Shown here one piece after another: positions 46,038 to 56,210 of a stretch of 64,000 nt of DNA. The position numbers were made by a program, and so were the translations under genes. The notes below the pieces were generated by a model that was not told where the DNA came from, did not search any database, and saw only the letters and a program-made list of their open reading frames with translations. The first letter of the stretch is position 1. Each line of letters begins with the position of its first letter. The stretch is from Pirellulales bacterium (GTDB lineage Bacteria > Planctomycetota > Planctomycetia > Pirellulales > JAICIG01): the NCBI GenBank assembly GCA_040901675.1, contig JBBDYJ010000017.1, positions 1-64,000 of the forward strand, read 5' to 3'.

Positions 46038-46204
46038 GGGGGCGCCTCGATGAGTTCCACCGGCAGGGGTTGAGCCGAGGCGCCAATTATAGATCATCCG
46101 CCGGGCGGCCGCCAATTTTCGGCGGGTAGCGAAACGCATGCGGCTCTCGACCGGCTGCGGCCGGAGCGGGCCGGTCGCTCGCGCGTTTTCCTCCCTATGC
46201 CGTT

Positions 46205-46711
46205 TCAGAATCCCCAGCCAAAGAAAGTGTCGTGCTCGTAGGGGAGCAAACGGGGGCGGACGGCGCGAGGCGGCGGATACACGGGCGGAACGGCCACCGG
46301 TTGGCGAAAGTCGATATGGCGCACGTGATGGTAGGGATGGTCCTTGGCCCAGTCGTATTCGTGCTCGAGCCGATCGCGCTCGGTCTTGTAGTCGCGCTTG
46401 AGCTGATCGCGCTGGCGGTCGTAGACGTCTTCGAGATGGTCTCGGCGGTGGTCGTACTCGCGCTCGTGCCACTTGCGGGCGGATCGCTTCAGGTGGCGGC
46501 CGCGGTCGCGCTCGTATTTCAAGTGGTCGTCCTGGAGCTCGTAGGCATGTTTGAGTTCGTCGCGCTGCCGCTTGTAGGCCGCTTCGAGCTGCTTCTCTCG
46601 CAGCTTGTGCTGATCTCGCAGGGCATCGCGCCAGTCGTGGTCGGCACGGGCCGTGGAGAGCTGCCCGGAAAAGACCAGTGCGGCGGTTAGCAGGATTGCA
46701 GCAACTCGCAT
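46205..46711 (-). CDS. Secreted His/Asp/Arg-rich helical repeat protein
   Basis: GGAGG RBS, signal peptide ARA|D, 11-residue RDxLxxxY periodicity. Confidence 0.75.
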   Translation of the reverse strand: MRVAAILLTAALVFSGQLSTARADHDWRDALRDQHKLREKQLEAAYKRQRDELKHAYELQDDHLKYERDRGRHLKRSARKWHEREYDHRRDHLEDVYDRQRDQLKRDYKTERDRLEHEYDWAKDHPYHHVRHIDFRQPVAVPPVYPPPRAVRPRLLPYEHDTFFGWGF

Positions 46712-46768
46712 GACGATTCCTCCTGTATTGCTTCCGGCTGCGGTGGGCGCGTCTGTGAACCAATTACG

Positions 46769-46784
46769 TGCAGGTCGCATGCCG
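46769..46784 (-). promoter_or_regulatory. Weak candidate sigma-54 promoter
   Basis: Minus strand CGGCATGCGACCTGCA has GG-N10-GC spacing, ~58 bp upstream of the ATG at 46711. Confidence 0.3.
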
Positions 46785-46900
46785 GCGCCCTAAAAGGACG
46801 CAACCCCTAGGGTAAACAGCGGCTGGCCAGATTGGAAGCATTTGGCCACTGTCGTCGGATTGACTGCAAGCGCCGCCGGAACGGGGCAGGGGGGAGAGGG

Positions 46901-47026
46901 CAGAAATCAGAGGTCGGAGGTCAGAAGTCAGAGGTCAGAGGGCAGGGAGGCAGGGGGGAGAGGGCAGACGGCCTGGGAAGGCCGTCCTATTACCTACGGC
47001 GCGGCTGCGTCACGCCGGAGCGTGAC
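46901..47026. repeat. Heptamer tandem repeats (GTCAGAG-like) and two REP-like hairpins
   Basis: CAGAAATCAGAGGTCGGAGGTCAGAAGTCAGAGGTCAGAG; GACGGCCT-GGGA-AGGCCGTC; CGTCACGC-CGGA-GCGTGACG. Confidence 0.7.
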
Positions 47027-47057
47027 GGTGGAACCTCTGTCCCCGGGCTCCTGACGG

Positions 47058-47663
47058 TCAACCCGGCAGCAAGGCGGCCAAGTCGGGGTGGGGCCGGGGA
47101 ATCACGTCGGCCATGATCAGCTTGCCGCCGAGGCGCTCGACGGTTTGCCGGCCGGCTGCGATGGCGGCCTGGACGGCAGCGACGTCGCCTCGCACGATGA
47201 TGGTGACGTAGGCCGCTCCGATCTTCTCTTTGCCGACCAGTTGCACGGCGGCGCTCTTGAGCATTTCGTCCGTGGCGTGCAGCGCCGCCACCAGCCCCTG
47301 GGTTTCGAGCAAACCTATTGCGTTTGAGTTATTCATGGGTGTCTCCCGTGGTGCGCGGGCATCGTAGGCTCCGAGTAATGGACTGTAGGCAGGTTTTTGA
47401 GCAGCCAGAGCGAGTGTTTCATCCCTGGGGCCGGCAAGCCAGGACCAGAAGGCGGTGGCGCCCAGTTGCCGGCCGAGGGCCGCACCCTGTTCGGCCGCCT
47501 CGCGGACGTCGCCGGCCGAGCCGATGAGCTTGATGCACTGGGCCGGCGAATCGGTGCTTTCGATCCCCAGGATCCGCACGCCGGCCGCCTTTGCACAGCG
47601 GTCGGCGACGACGAAGGCCGGGGCCAGATTGCTGATTTCGAGTAACGCAAGGGAAACTCCCAA
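47058..47663 (-). CDS. Tandem-domain bacterial microcompartment shell protein (BMC-T)
   Basis: Domain 1 SLALLEI..ADRCAKAAGV. Domain 2 AIGLLETQGLVAAL.ATDEMLKSA.V..RGDVAAV..VIPRPH. An internal ATG at 47336 could also give a single-domain product. Confidence 0.85.
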   Translation of the reverse strand: MGVSLALLEISNLAPAFVVADRCAKAAGVRILGIESTDSPAQCIKLIGSAGDVREAAEQGAALGRQLGATAFWSWLAGPRDETLALAAQKPAYSPLLGAYDARAPRETPMNNSNAIGLLETQGLVAALHATDEMLKSAAVQLVGKEKIGAAYVTIIVRGDVAAVQAAIAAGRQTVERLGGKLIMADVIPRPHPDLAALLPG

Positions 47664-47793
47664 CGTCTATCCCCCGACCCTGCTTCTAAGAACCGATTGA
47701 CACGGCGCATCACTGCTTCTCGGTCCCGACACGGCGGGACCTCCAAGCAGTGGCACTACTGACTCTGACTTCTGGCTCCTGTTCCCTGTTCTC

Positions 47794-48831
47794 TTAGGCG
47801 AGGCCGCGGCGTTTCAGCTCGGCCAGGACACCCTGCACAATCTGGTTGACGGCGCGAGGGTCGGCCGCCGACGCCTGCGGCGGGCAGCCGCCGACCGGCT
47901 CGTCGGTGAAGCCCTCTTCGGCCAGCAGGCACTGCAGCGTGTTGGAAAGCGTGCGGATCTGGGCCTGTTGCGTATCGGCCAGCGGCTGGCGGCCGGCGCC
48001 GGGATGGAAGCCCCGCAGGGCCAGCGCGGCGCGGAAGCCCTCGGGAAAATCGGCCGAGTAGAGCATGGCGTCGAACAGCGTGAGCAGCTTGTACTGCAGC
48101 TCGCGCGCTTCGTCGATGCGGCGGGCCATCGTCAGGTCGTAAAGCTTGCGGGTGATCTCCGGCACCACGCCGCTGGTGGCGTTGGTGCCGCCGTCGCAGC
48201 CGATCAACAGCATGGGCATCAGCGCGGCGTCCCAACCGGTGAGGAAGCTGAACTCAGGCCGGTTGGGCCGCACCGCCTGGATCATGCGGATCATGTGGGG
48301 AATATCGCCCGACGAGTCCTTGATGGCGACGATCCGCTCGCACTCCTCGCTCAGCCGCTGGACGGTCGGCACGTCGATGGGCGATGCGAACATGGGGATG
48401 TTGTACAGCGTGACGTCGATGGGCGTGTTGCGGCCGATCTCCTTGAAATAGGCGTAGACGGCGGCCGGACTCAGCTTGTAGTAATAAGGCGAAACGATGG
48501 CCACGGCCCGCACGCCCAGGGAGTGGTAGTATTCGCAGGCGGCCAGGGTCTCCCGCACGTTGGCTTCGGCGGCGCCCGCCAGGAGCGGCACTCGGCCTGC
48601 GGCCTGGTCGGCCATGATGGCGATAATCCGCCGGCGCTCGTCGGGCGTGAAGCGGGTGAATTCACCGGTCGATCCGTTGGGATACAGGCCGTGCACGCCC
48701 CGCTCGATCAGCCAGTCGGTATAGCGGCGCAGCTCCGCTTCGTTGATCTGGCCCCGCTCGTCGAGCGGGACGATATTGGGGGTGAAAATGCCTTCCAGGC
48801 GGGGGGCCCGGGAACGGGGGGATGGACTCAT
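47794..48831 (-). CDS. DapA/DHDPS-family class I aldolase with C-terminal encapsulation-peptide-like helix
   Basis: GSTGEF, LYNIP and IKDSSG; tail [22 protein letters not shown]. Confidence 0.88.
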   Translation of the reverse strand: MSPSPRSRAPRLEGIFTPNIVPLDERGQINEAELRRYTDWLIERGVHGLYPNGSTGEFTRFTPDERRRIIAIMADQAAGRVPLLAGAAEANVRETLAACEYYHSLGVRAVAIVSPYYYKLSPAAVYAYFKEIGRNTPIDVTLYNIPMFASPIDVPTVQRLSEECERIVAIKDSSGDIPHMIRMIQAVRPNRPEFSFLTGWDAALMPMLLIGCDGGTNATSGVVPEITRKLYDLTMARRIDEARELQYKLLTLFDAMLYSADFPEGFRAALALRGFHPGAGRQPLADTQQAQIRTLSNTLQCLLAEEGFTDEPVGGCPPQASAADPRAVNQIVQGVLAELKRRGLA

Positions 48832-49035
48832 GGGTTGTTCGCCATCGGGACCGAATACCAGCAGGCGGCCTCACTAGCTTAGCCCGCCAGGGCCGGGGCG
48901 GGGAGGGTGCCTGGGCCACGAGGCGTCCGAGCCGGGCACTTGCCGCGTGAGGTGCCAGGGTGTAGCCTTGCGGGTGGTAGGGACTGTGCGGAGGCGATGG
49001 CACGATCGTGCAGCAGATTGGCATAGGTTCTCGCC

Positions 49036-51243
49036 GTGAAGCCAGGTGAAGCGCATCCCGCCCAATCGAACCGGCCTGGTGCCGGTGCGGCGGCGCGCCC
49101 GGCGGTCGACCTTCGCAGATCGCACTGGGCGGTGCTGAGTATCCTGGTGCTGTTGTTCATCGCGTACGTCGCCATTTTTTACGCCTGCCCGTTGCCCAGC
49201 GTCCGGGGCCAAATCCGCCGCTTCGATTTCTTGACTTGGGCTGCTCTGTTGCCCGACCAATTCATCTCGGTTTGGTTTGGCGATCCGCCGCAATTCATGC
49301 TGCGCGACCGTTTGGGCGTGCTGTGTGCGGCGGCCGCCATTCTAGCCGTGTCGGCCATGGTGGGGCGCCTCTTGATGCGGGGCCTGGGGCTGGATCGCGG
49401 GCTGACGCGGCTGGAAGTGGGAGTGTTTTCGGCGGGAGTGGGGCTGAACACCGTCTCGCTGTATGTGCTGGCGGTGGGGATGGTGGGCAAGCTTCGTAAC
49501 GTTTACCTGTTTACCGTGCCGGCCTGCCTGGTGGTGGCCGCGATGGTGGCCTTGGCCGTCGTCGAGAGGCGGTGGCGGCGCGAGCCGCCGGCCCCAGTTC
49601 AGCAGCCGGCGCGGCGTCGAGAATGGTTGAGGCGTCGGTGGCTTTGGATGGGCGCGCCGTTCGTGGCGGCGATTATGCTGGGAGGCATGCTGCCGCCCAT
49701 CGACTTCGATGTGCGCGAGTACCACCTGCAGGCGCCCAAGGAGTTCTTCCAGCAGGGGCAAGTCGTGTTCCTGCCGCACAACATCTACGGGAACATGGCC
49801 CTGGGCAGCGAGATGCTGAGCCTGCTGGCCATGGTGCTTTTGGACGATTGGTGGTTCGGGGCGCTGGTGGGCAAGACCGTGATTGCGGCGGTAACCCCCT
49901 TGACTGCGCTGGCGCTGCTCGCCGCGGGATTGCGGTTATTCTCGTTGAGGGCGGGGGTGGTGGCTGCCCTGGTCTATATCTCGATTCCTTGGATATCGCA
50001 GGTATCGAGCAACGGTTTGGTGGAAGGCGTCTCCGCTTTTTATCTGTTGCTTTCGGTGTTTGCGGTGTTGCTGTCGCGAGCGCCGAGCGAAGGGCAGCCC
50101 GGCGCGGCCTGGCGGCGCGTGCTCTTGGCGGGTTATCTGTCGGGTGCCGCCGTCTCGTGCAAATATCCCGGGCTGCTGTTCGTGGTGGTCCCGCTGGCGG
50201 CGTACCTCTGGCTGGCTGGCCGGAAGGCCGACTGGAAGCCGGTGGCCCTGTTTTTGGCGGCCACCCTGGCCGGTTGCGGGCTGTGGTTTTATAAGAACTG
50301 GCTGTTGACGGGCAATCCGACCTACCCGCTGTTGTACGAGGTTTTCGGGGGAGCGACCCGGACCGTGGAGAAGAATCATCAATGGCTGCTGGCGCACACG
50401 CCGTCGGGTTATTCATTCGAGCAATTGGCCGCCGGGCTGGCGAAAGTGTTCTGCACCAGCGAGTGGCTTAGCCCGCTGGTGATGCCGCTGGCGGTCATGG
50501 CCTGGCTGGCACGAGGGCAGCGGCGTCAGGTGATGTTTCTTTGGGGGTTCTTCGCGTACGTCGTGGCTGCCTGGTGGCTCTTGACGCACCGCATTGACCG
50601 GTTTTGGATTCCGGCATTGCCGGTGGTGGCGCTGCTGGCCGGAGTGGGTGCCACGTGGAGTGCATCGCTGGGTTGGCGGCGTATCGTGACCGCGATTTTG
50701 ATCTGTGGGCTGATGGCGAACTTTTTGTTCGTGGTCTCGGGAGCGGGCGGTTACAACGCCTACTTCGTCCAGTTGGAAAAGCTGCGCCATGGCCCGGGTC
50801 GGACCGATCCATGGCATCGGGCGCTCAACAGGCTTGTGCCGCCCGGGCACGGCGTGTTGATGGTGGGCGACGCCCAGGCATTCGATCTCGAAATGCCCGT
50901 CCTGTACAACACCGTGTTCGACGATTCGGTGTTCGTGCGGATGTGCCAGGGCCGCTCGGCGGAAGAAATTCGGGAGGCCCTGCTCAGCGAGCGGATCTCG
51001 CACGTCTACGTGCACTGGGGTGAGATCGCGCGGTATCGCAAGCACGGGAATTATGGGTTTCCGATGTTTGTCCAACCGGCCCTGTTTGACCAATTGATTC
51101 AGCACGGCGTATTCGATGCCCCATGGCAAAGCCAATTCCACCGCGGAATGGTCTACCCGGTGCGGGGCGGATGGCAACACCCTCCATTGGAGCCGCCGCT
51201 GGAGCAGCCGCCGCCGCTCGTGCCCGCAAAGACAGTGAAGTGA
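49036..51243 (+). CDS. ArnT-like (GT-C) polytopic membrane protein
   Basis: DFDVREYHL, CKYPG, WFYKNWLLTGNPTYP and RFWIP. Confidence 0.8.
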   Translation: MKPGEAHPAQSNRPGAGAAARPAVDLRRSHWAVLSILVLLFIAYVAIFYACPLPSVRGQIRRFDFLTWAALLPDQFISVWFGDPPQFMLRDRLGVLCAAAAILAVSAMVGRLLMRGLGLDRGLTRLEVGVFSAGVGLNTVSLYVLAVGMVGKLRNVYLFTVPACLVVAAMVALAVVERRWRREPPAPVQQPARRREWLRRRWLWMGAPFVAAIMLGGMLPPIDFDVREYHLQAPKEFFQQGQVVFLPHNIYGNMALGSEMLSLLAMVLLDDWWFGALVGKTVIAAVTPLTALALLAAGLRLFSLRAGVVAALVYISIPWISQVSSNGLVEGVSAFYLLLSVFAVLLSRAPSEGQPGAAWRRVLLAGYLSGAAVSCKYPGLLFVVVPLAAYLWLAGRKADWKPVALFLAATLAGCGLWFYKNWLLTGNPTYPLLYEVFGGATRTVEKNHQWLLAHTPSGYSFEQLAAGLAKVFCTSEWLSPLVMPLAVMAWLARGQRRQVMFLWGFFAYVVAAWWLLTHRIDRFWIPALPVVALLAGVGATWSASLGWRRIVTAILICGLMANFLFVVSGAGGYNAYFVQLEKLRHGPGRTDPWHRALNRLVPPGHGVLMVGDAQAFDLEMPVLYNTVFDDSVFVRMCQGRSAEEIREALLSERISHVYVHWGEIARYRKHGNYGFPMFVQPALFDQLIQHGVFDAPWQSQFHRGMVYPVRGGWQHPPLEPPLEQPPPLVPAKTVK

Positions 51244-51388
51244 GGCAAGCTGGGCCGGCTCCTTTTTCCCCAAGGGCCGCCCGTTCAGGACAACCCGACT
51301 AGCTCCAAGCGGCGCGAAATCGTATCGTTGTCGTCCTGCGAACGATTTGGCAGGAAGCCATATCTCGAGCGACAAGGAGGTTGCGATC

Positions 51389-51658
51389 ATGCGCTGTATG
51401 CCGGATACCGTTGAGGTCCGCGAACTGGTGCTGCGGACGTTCGACGAGTTCCAAACGGCTCAGACCCATCGCGAAGAGTTCAGCGAGACCATCCTGATCG
51501 AGGATGGGTGCTATCTGGCACGCTCGTACCGGCAGGATGGGCTCTTGGCGATGTGGCTGATCCAGGACGGCGTGCTGCAGTTCTACGACGCCGAGGGGAA
51601 CATGCTGCGGACAGTAAACCTGTTCGAGGAGCTGCACCCCAAAAAAATGGCCGCCTGA
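51389..51658 (+). CDS. Small conserved hypothetical protein
   Basis: AAGGAGG RBS; ETILIEDG.Y.ARSY..AMW..LQFYDAEGNMLRTVNL. Confidence 0.75.
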   Translation: MRCMPDTVEVRELVLRTFDEFQTAQTHREEFSETILIEDGCYLARSYRQDGLLAMWLIQDGVLQFYDAEGNMLRTVNLFEELHPKKMAA

Positions 51659-51873
51659 CCGCCTGATCCGATTGCCTGGGCATACACGCCCCGAAGCGCG
51701 TTCGCGCCGGGCGTGCGGCGGCTCGGCGAGCGAGACACGTCGATCCGACCGGGGCGCATCCGGCGTGATGCGATCTTGCCGGTAGGCGCGGCATGTCCTA
51801 AGCTGTTTACCGATCCAAAGGCGTGGATTGGTACGTCACGGATGACGGCCCGAAATCGCTTGCGAGCACCGGC

Positions 51874-54024
51874 ATGGAACTGAGCCAAACCGTCCGTGTC
51901 GTTCCGCTGGACGGCGACGAAGCATCGCCTGCCTCCCGGAGCGGCGACGACCCGCGGCGGCGCCCGCCGTCGGCGCTCGGGCGCGCCGTGGTCCGCACCC
52001 GGCAGTGGCTGCTGGACCAGCAGCACGCCGGCGGCTATTGGGTCGCCGAGCTGGAAGGGGACACGATCCTCGAAAGCGAGTACATCCTGCTGTTGGCCTA
52101 CCTGGGCCGGCACGACTCGCTGCAGGCCGGCAAGGCCGCCCGCACGATTATTGAAGAGCAGTTGCCCACGGGCGGCTGGTCCATTTATCCCGGCGGCGGC
52201 GTGGAGATCAGCGCCAGCGTCAAGGCGTACTTCGCGCTCAAGCTGGCGGGGCACGAGCCGAGCGCCGAGTACATGCAACGGGCCAGGGCGGCCATTATGG
52301 CCCACGGCGGGGCCGACGCGGTGAACAGCTTCACCCGCTTTTACCTGGCGTTGTTGGGACAGATCTCGTATGACCAATGCCCCGAAGTGCCGCCGGAGAT
52401 CGTGCTGTTGCCGGGCTGGTTCCCGGTGAACCTTTATGCGGTCAGCGCCTGGAGCCGCACGATTATCGTGCCGCTTTCGATCATGTCGGCCTTGCGTCCC
52501 AGGGCCCGGATCGCTCGCGAACAAGGAATACGCGAGCTGTTTCTCAACGAGCCCGCCGATTGGCCGCCGCTGCGCTGCCCGGGGCTCAAAGGGGGCAGCG
52601 GGCCGCTGAGTTGGGACCGCTTGTTTCGAGTCGTCGACGGCTGGCTCAAGTTGTGCCGTCGATGGGGCCTGCTGCCCGCCCGCCAGCGGGCCTTGGCGGC
52701 CGCCGAGCGCTGGATGCTCGACCGGTTCGAGGGGAGCGACGGATTGGGCGCGATCTTCCCGCCCATGGTGTGGAGCGTGATCGCGCTGGACGCGCTGGGC
52801 TATGCCGCCGACTCCCCCCAGCTCACGTGGTGCCACGAGCAGCTCGAAGGGCTCATGATCGACGAGCAGCACTCGCTGCGGCTGCAGCCGTGCAAGTCGC
52901 CGGTCTGGGACACGGCCATTGCCTTGCGGGCGCTGGCGGCCAGTGGCGTTCCCGCGGCACATCAGGCGATCGCCCGCGGGGCCGATTGGCTGCTCGACGT
53001 GCAGATCCACTCGCCGGGCGACTGGTCGCGCTCGGTCGACGCCGAGCCGGGGGGCTGGTGTTTCGAGCACGCCAACCAGTTTTATCCCGATCTGGACGAC
53101 ACGGCCATGGCGGTGATGGCTCTGGCCGAGCCGTTGGGCGGCCGGCCCGGCAAAGCCCTGCCGCCGCTGCTGGGGTTGTTGCCCGCCGGCGGGCGGACGG
53201 TGGACAAGCGAGCCGATGACCGCGGTGCCCGGCTGGCCCGTACCCACGCCGCGATTGCCAAGGCCGAGCGCTGGATGCTGGCGATGCAGAACCGCGACGG
53301 CGGCTGGGGCGCATTCGACCGCGACAACGACCGGGAGTTTCTCTGCCACGTGCCGTTCGCCGACCATAATGCGATGATCGATCCCAGCACGCCGGACCTG
53401 ACCGCCCGCGTGCTGGAGGCGCTGGGCGAGCTGGGGCGGCGGGTGGGGGACCCGGCGGTGGACCGCGGCGTCGCTTACCTGGCGCGGACGCAGGAGGCCG
53501 ACGGAAGCTGGTTCGGCCGCTGGGGAGTGAACTACGTCTACGGCACCTGGCAGGTTCTGACGGGATTGGCCGCGGTAGGCCTGCCGGCCGATCATCCGCT
53601 GATCAAGTCGGGTGCCCAGTGGCTGCTGAGCCACCAGCAGCCCGAAGGGTCCTGGGGCGAATCGCCCGACAGCTATGCCGATCCCCGCTTGCGCGGCCAG
53701 GGGCCTCCCACCGCTTCACAAACCGCCTGGGCCGTGCTGGGCCTGATCGCGGCCGGCCTGGAACGCCACCCGGCCACGGCGCAGGGCGTCGAGTACCTGG
53801 TGGACCAGCAGCAGGAGGACGGCACCTGGAACGAGCCGGAGTTCACCGGGACCGGTTTTCCGCTGGTGTTCTATCTGCGGTACCATATGTACCCGATCTA
53901 CTTCCCGCTGTTGGCCCTTTCGCGTTTTGCCGTCGCCACGGCGGGGAAGGCAGGAGGAGGAGTGCAGAAGGAGGAAGGAGGAATCCGAGAAGCGCAAGCG
54001 GACCTCCTGCCTGCTGGAAACTGA
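51874..54024 (+). CDS. shc: Squalene-hopene cyclase
   Basis: DLDDTA (DxDD), SPVWDT, QW repeats (QNRDGGWG, QEADGSW, QQPEGSWG, QQEDGTW) and GTGFP..FYLRY. Confidence 0.97.
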   Translation: MELSQTVRVVPLDGDEASPASRSGDDPRRRPPSALGRAVVRTRQWLLDQQHAGGYWVAELEGDTILESEYILLLAYLGRHDSLQAGKAARTIIEEQLPTGGWSIYPGGGVEISASVKAYFALKLAGHEPSAEYMQRARAAIMAHGGADAVNSFTRFYLALLGQISYDQCPEVPPEIVLLPGWFPVNLYAVSAWSRTIIVPLSIMSALRPRARIAREQGIRELFLNEPADWPPLRCPGLKGGSGPLSWDRLFRVVDGWLKLCRRWGLLPARQRALAAAERWMLDRFEGSDGLGAIFPPMVWSVIALDALGYAADSPQLTWCHEQLEGLMIDEQHSLRLQPCKSPVWDTAIALRALAASGVPAAHQAIARGADWLLDVQIHSPGDWSRSVDAEPGGWCFEHANQFYPDLDDTAMAVMALAEPLGGRPGKALPPLLGLLPAGGRTVDKRADDRGARLARTHAAIAKAERWMLAMQNRDGGWGAFDRDNDREFLCHVPFADHNAMIDPSTPDLTARVLEALGELGRRVGDPAVDRGVAYLARTQEADGSWFGRWGVNYVYGTWQVLTGLAAVGLPADHPLIKSGAQWLLSHQQPEGSWGESPDSYADPRLRGQGPPTASQTAWAVLGLIAAGLERHPATAQGVEYLVDQQQEDGTWNEPEFTGTGFPLVFYLRYHMYPIYFPLLALSRFAVATAGKAGGGVQKEEGGIREAQADLLPAGN

Positions 54025-54043
54025 AAACTTCGCTGACCGCTAT

Positions 54044-54092
54044 CTAAGTCGTAAGCTGCACGCTCTAAGTTCTAAGCTCTAAGTTCTAAGTT
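54044..54092. repeat. Heptamer tandem repeat (CTAAGTT/CTAAGCT)
   Basis: Seen directly between shc and hpnH. Confidence 0.75.
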
Positions 54093-54102
54093 CGAGTTCC
54101 GC

Positions 54103-55113
54103 ATGCCGGTACCGCTTTCGCAAATGTGGACGGTGGCCCGCTACGTCCTGGGCAAGAAGCTGCGGGGCGTGAAGCGGTACCCGCTGGTGATGATGCTCGA
54201 GCCGCTGTTCCGCTGCAACCTGGCCTGCGCCGGCTGCGGCAAGATCCAGTATCCGGGCCAGATTCTCCGCCGCCAGCTCTCGCCCGCAGCGTGTTTCCGC
54301 GCGGTCGATGAGTGCGGCGCTCCCATGGTGTCGATCCCCGGCGGCGAGCCGCTGCTGCACCCGCAAATCGGCGAGATCGTCGAGGGACTGGTGGCCCGCA
54401 AGAAATACGTCTACCTGTGCACCAACGCCTTGAAACTGGTGGAGAGCCTTCCCAAGTTCCGGCCGTCGAAGTATCTCACCTTCTCGATCCACATGGACGG
54501 CCCCCGCGAGATGCACGACCAGGCGGTCTGCCGCGCGGGCGTGTACGACGCCGCGGTCGAGGCCATCAAGGCGGCCCTGGCCGCCGGCTTCCGCGTGACG
54601 ACCAACACCACGCTCTTCGACCACGCCGAACCGGCCCGGCTGCGAGAGTTCTTCGACGCGATGATGGACCTGGGAGTCGAAGGCATGATGCTCTCGCCCG
54701 GCTACCGCTACGAAAAGGCCCCCGACCAGGAACACTTTCTGGGCCGGGACCGCACCAGGCAGTTGTTCCGCGGTTTGCTGGCCAGGCGCGGCAAGCGGTG
54801 GCGGTTTAACCAGTCGCCGCTGTTTCTGGAGTTCCTGCAGGGCAAATTCGAGCTGGAGTGTACGCCCTGGGGAAACCCCACCTACAACCTCTTCGGCTGG
54901 CAGAAACCGTGCTACCTGCTCAACGAAGGCTATGCGGCCACCTACCAGGAGCTGCTCGAAACGACCGACTGGGCGGCCTACGGGCGCGCCAGCGGCAACC
55001 CGAAGTGCGCCGACTGCATGGTCCATTGTGGCTACGAGCCGAGCGCCGTGGCGGCCACGTTCCGACTGAAGGGGATGCTGCACACCGCCCGGCTGATGCT
55101 AGGCAAGGGCTAA
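54103..55113 (+). CDS. hpnH: Adenosylhopane-forming radical SAM enzyme
   Basis: [34 protein letters not shown] and [11 protein letters not shown], next to shc. Confidence 0.95.
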   Translation: MPVPLSQMWTVARYVLGKKLRGVKRYPLVMMLEPLFRCNLACAGCGKIQYPGQILRRQLSPAACFRAVDECGAPMVSIPGGEPLLHPQIGEIVEGLVARKKYVYLCTNALKLVESLPKFRPSKYLTFSIHMDGPREMHDQAVCRAGVYDAAVEAIKAALAAGFRVTTNTTLFDHAEPARLREFFDAMMDLGVEGMMLSPGYRYEKAPDQEHFLGRDRTRQLFRGLLARRGKRWRFNQSPLFLEFLQGKFELECTPWGNPTYNLFGWQKPCYLLNEGYAATYQELLETTDWAAYGRASGNPKCADCMVHCGYEPSAVAATFRLKGMLHTARLMLGKG

Positions 55114-55140
55114 GGTGCTCTTCTGGGCGTCTTGTCTCCT

Positions 55141-55190
55141 CTCGCTTGCGCATCGGGTTCGTGGGCTCGCTTGCGCGTCGGGTTCGTGGG
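55141..55190. repeat. Two tandem 25-bp REP-like units
   Basis: CTCGCTTGCGC(A/G)TCGGGTTCGTGGG x2. Confidence 0.8.
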
Positions 55191-55265
55191 CAAGCGCAGG
55201 CCGCTCGTGGTAGGATTGGCTCGGGGTCCTGATCCAGCCGAGCGGCCGCAAGGCGGAAGTACGTC

Positions 55266-56147
55266 ATGGTCTGGCAATCGATGTTGCGCCACTGGCTCGG
55301 GCAGCAGGCGCGCGCCAAGGTGTTCGAGGCGGCGCGGCAGCGGGCTGAGGGCGGCTCGCGCCCGGCCGAGCGGCCCGCGCCTTGCGACGTGGGGCTGGTG
55401 TTCGCGCTGGGAATGGAGCTGGGCGGCTTGGAGGATCTGCTCCAGGGCGTGGTTACGATGCGTGGGCAGGACTTCATTGCCCGTCAGGGGAGTTTGCAGG
55501 GTCGGTCGTTGGTGCTGATCGAGTCGGGAGTGGGTTTTGAGGCCGCCGCCCGCGGCACGCAGGCCCTGATCGGCGGGCACCGTCCGCCATGGGTGATCTC
55601 GGCCGGCTTCGCGGGCGGGCTCGATCCGCAGGTGGCGCGGGGCGACATCCTGATGGTCGACAGCTTGTGCGAGGCGGGCGGTCGGCAGCTTTCGATCGAT
55701 CTGAAAGTGAGCCCCGAATCGCTGGCCGGCCGGCCCGGCGTTCACGTGGGTCGATTGCTCTCGATCGACGCCGTGGTGCACCGCCCGGAGGAAAAGCGGG
55801 CGCTGGGTGCAGCTCACAGCGCGTTGGCGGTGGACATGGAATCGTGGGCGGTGGGCGAGGTCTGCCGGCAGGCGAAGGTGCGGTTTCTGGCGGTGCGGAT
55901 CATCACCGACGCGGTGGACGACCGGCTGCCGCGCGACGTGGAGAAGTTGGCGCGGCAGAAGACGCGGGCCGCCCGCCTGGGTGCCGCGGCAGGTGCCGTG
56001 TTTCGCCGTCCGTCCAGTCTGAAGGACATGCTCAAGCTGAAGGAGCAGGCGCTCGTGGCCTCCGACCGGCTGGCGCAGTTTCTGGCCGGGATGATCGTGC
56101 AGTTGGTTCCGGCCGCGGAGGAGGCTGGCGGTGAACAGGCTACGTAG
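55266..56147 (+). CDS. hpnG: PNP/MTA-nucleosidase family protein, probable adenosylhopane nucleosidase
   Basis: SGVG, SAGFAGGL, AVDMES and VRIITD. The symbol is inferred from its position after hpnH. Confidence 0.75.
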   Translation: MVWQSMLRHWLGQQARAKVFEAARQRAEGGSRPAERPAPCDVGLVFALGMELGGLEDLLQGVVTMRGQDFIARQGSLQGRSLVLIESGVGFEAAARGTQALIGGHRPPWVISAGFAGGLDPQVARGDILMVDSLCEAGGRQLSIDLKVSPESLAGRPGVHVGRLLSIDAVVHRPEEKRALGAAHSALAVDMESWAVGEVCRQAKVRFLAVRIITDAVDDRLPRDVEKLARQKTRAARLGAAAGAVFRRPSSLKDMLKLKEQALVASDRLAQFLAGMIVQLVPAAEEAGGEQAT

Positions 56148-56166
56148 AACGGAATTCATTCCGTTT
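56144..56166. repeat. GTAG-type REP (second family)
   Basis: GTAGAACGGAATTCATTCCGTTT. Related copies at 62397, 62479, 62512 and 62546. Confidence 0.8.
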
Positions 56167-56210
56167 ACCTGCGTTAGAACGCCATGAATTCGGTTATGCG
56201 CCGTGGTGCT

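Noticed and set aside
47794..48831. Housekeeping dapA
   Set aside because: The C-terminal targeting-like extension and BMC neighbour point to a catabolic paralog, so I withheld the symbol.
48998..49036. Sigma-54 promoter TGGCACGATCGTGCA upstream of 49036
   Set aside because: The GG-to-GC spacing is 9 rather than the required 10.
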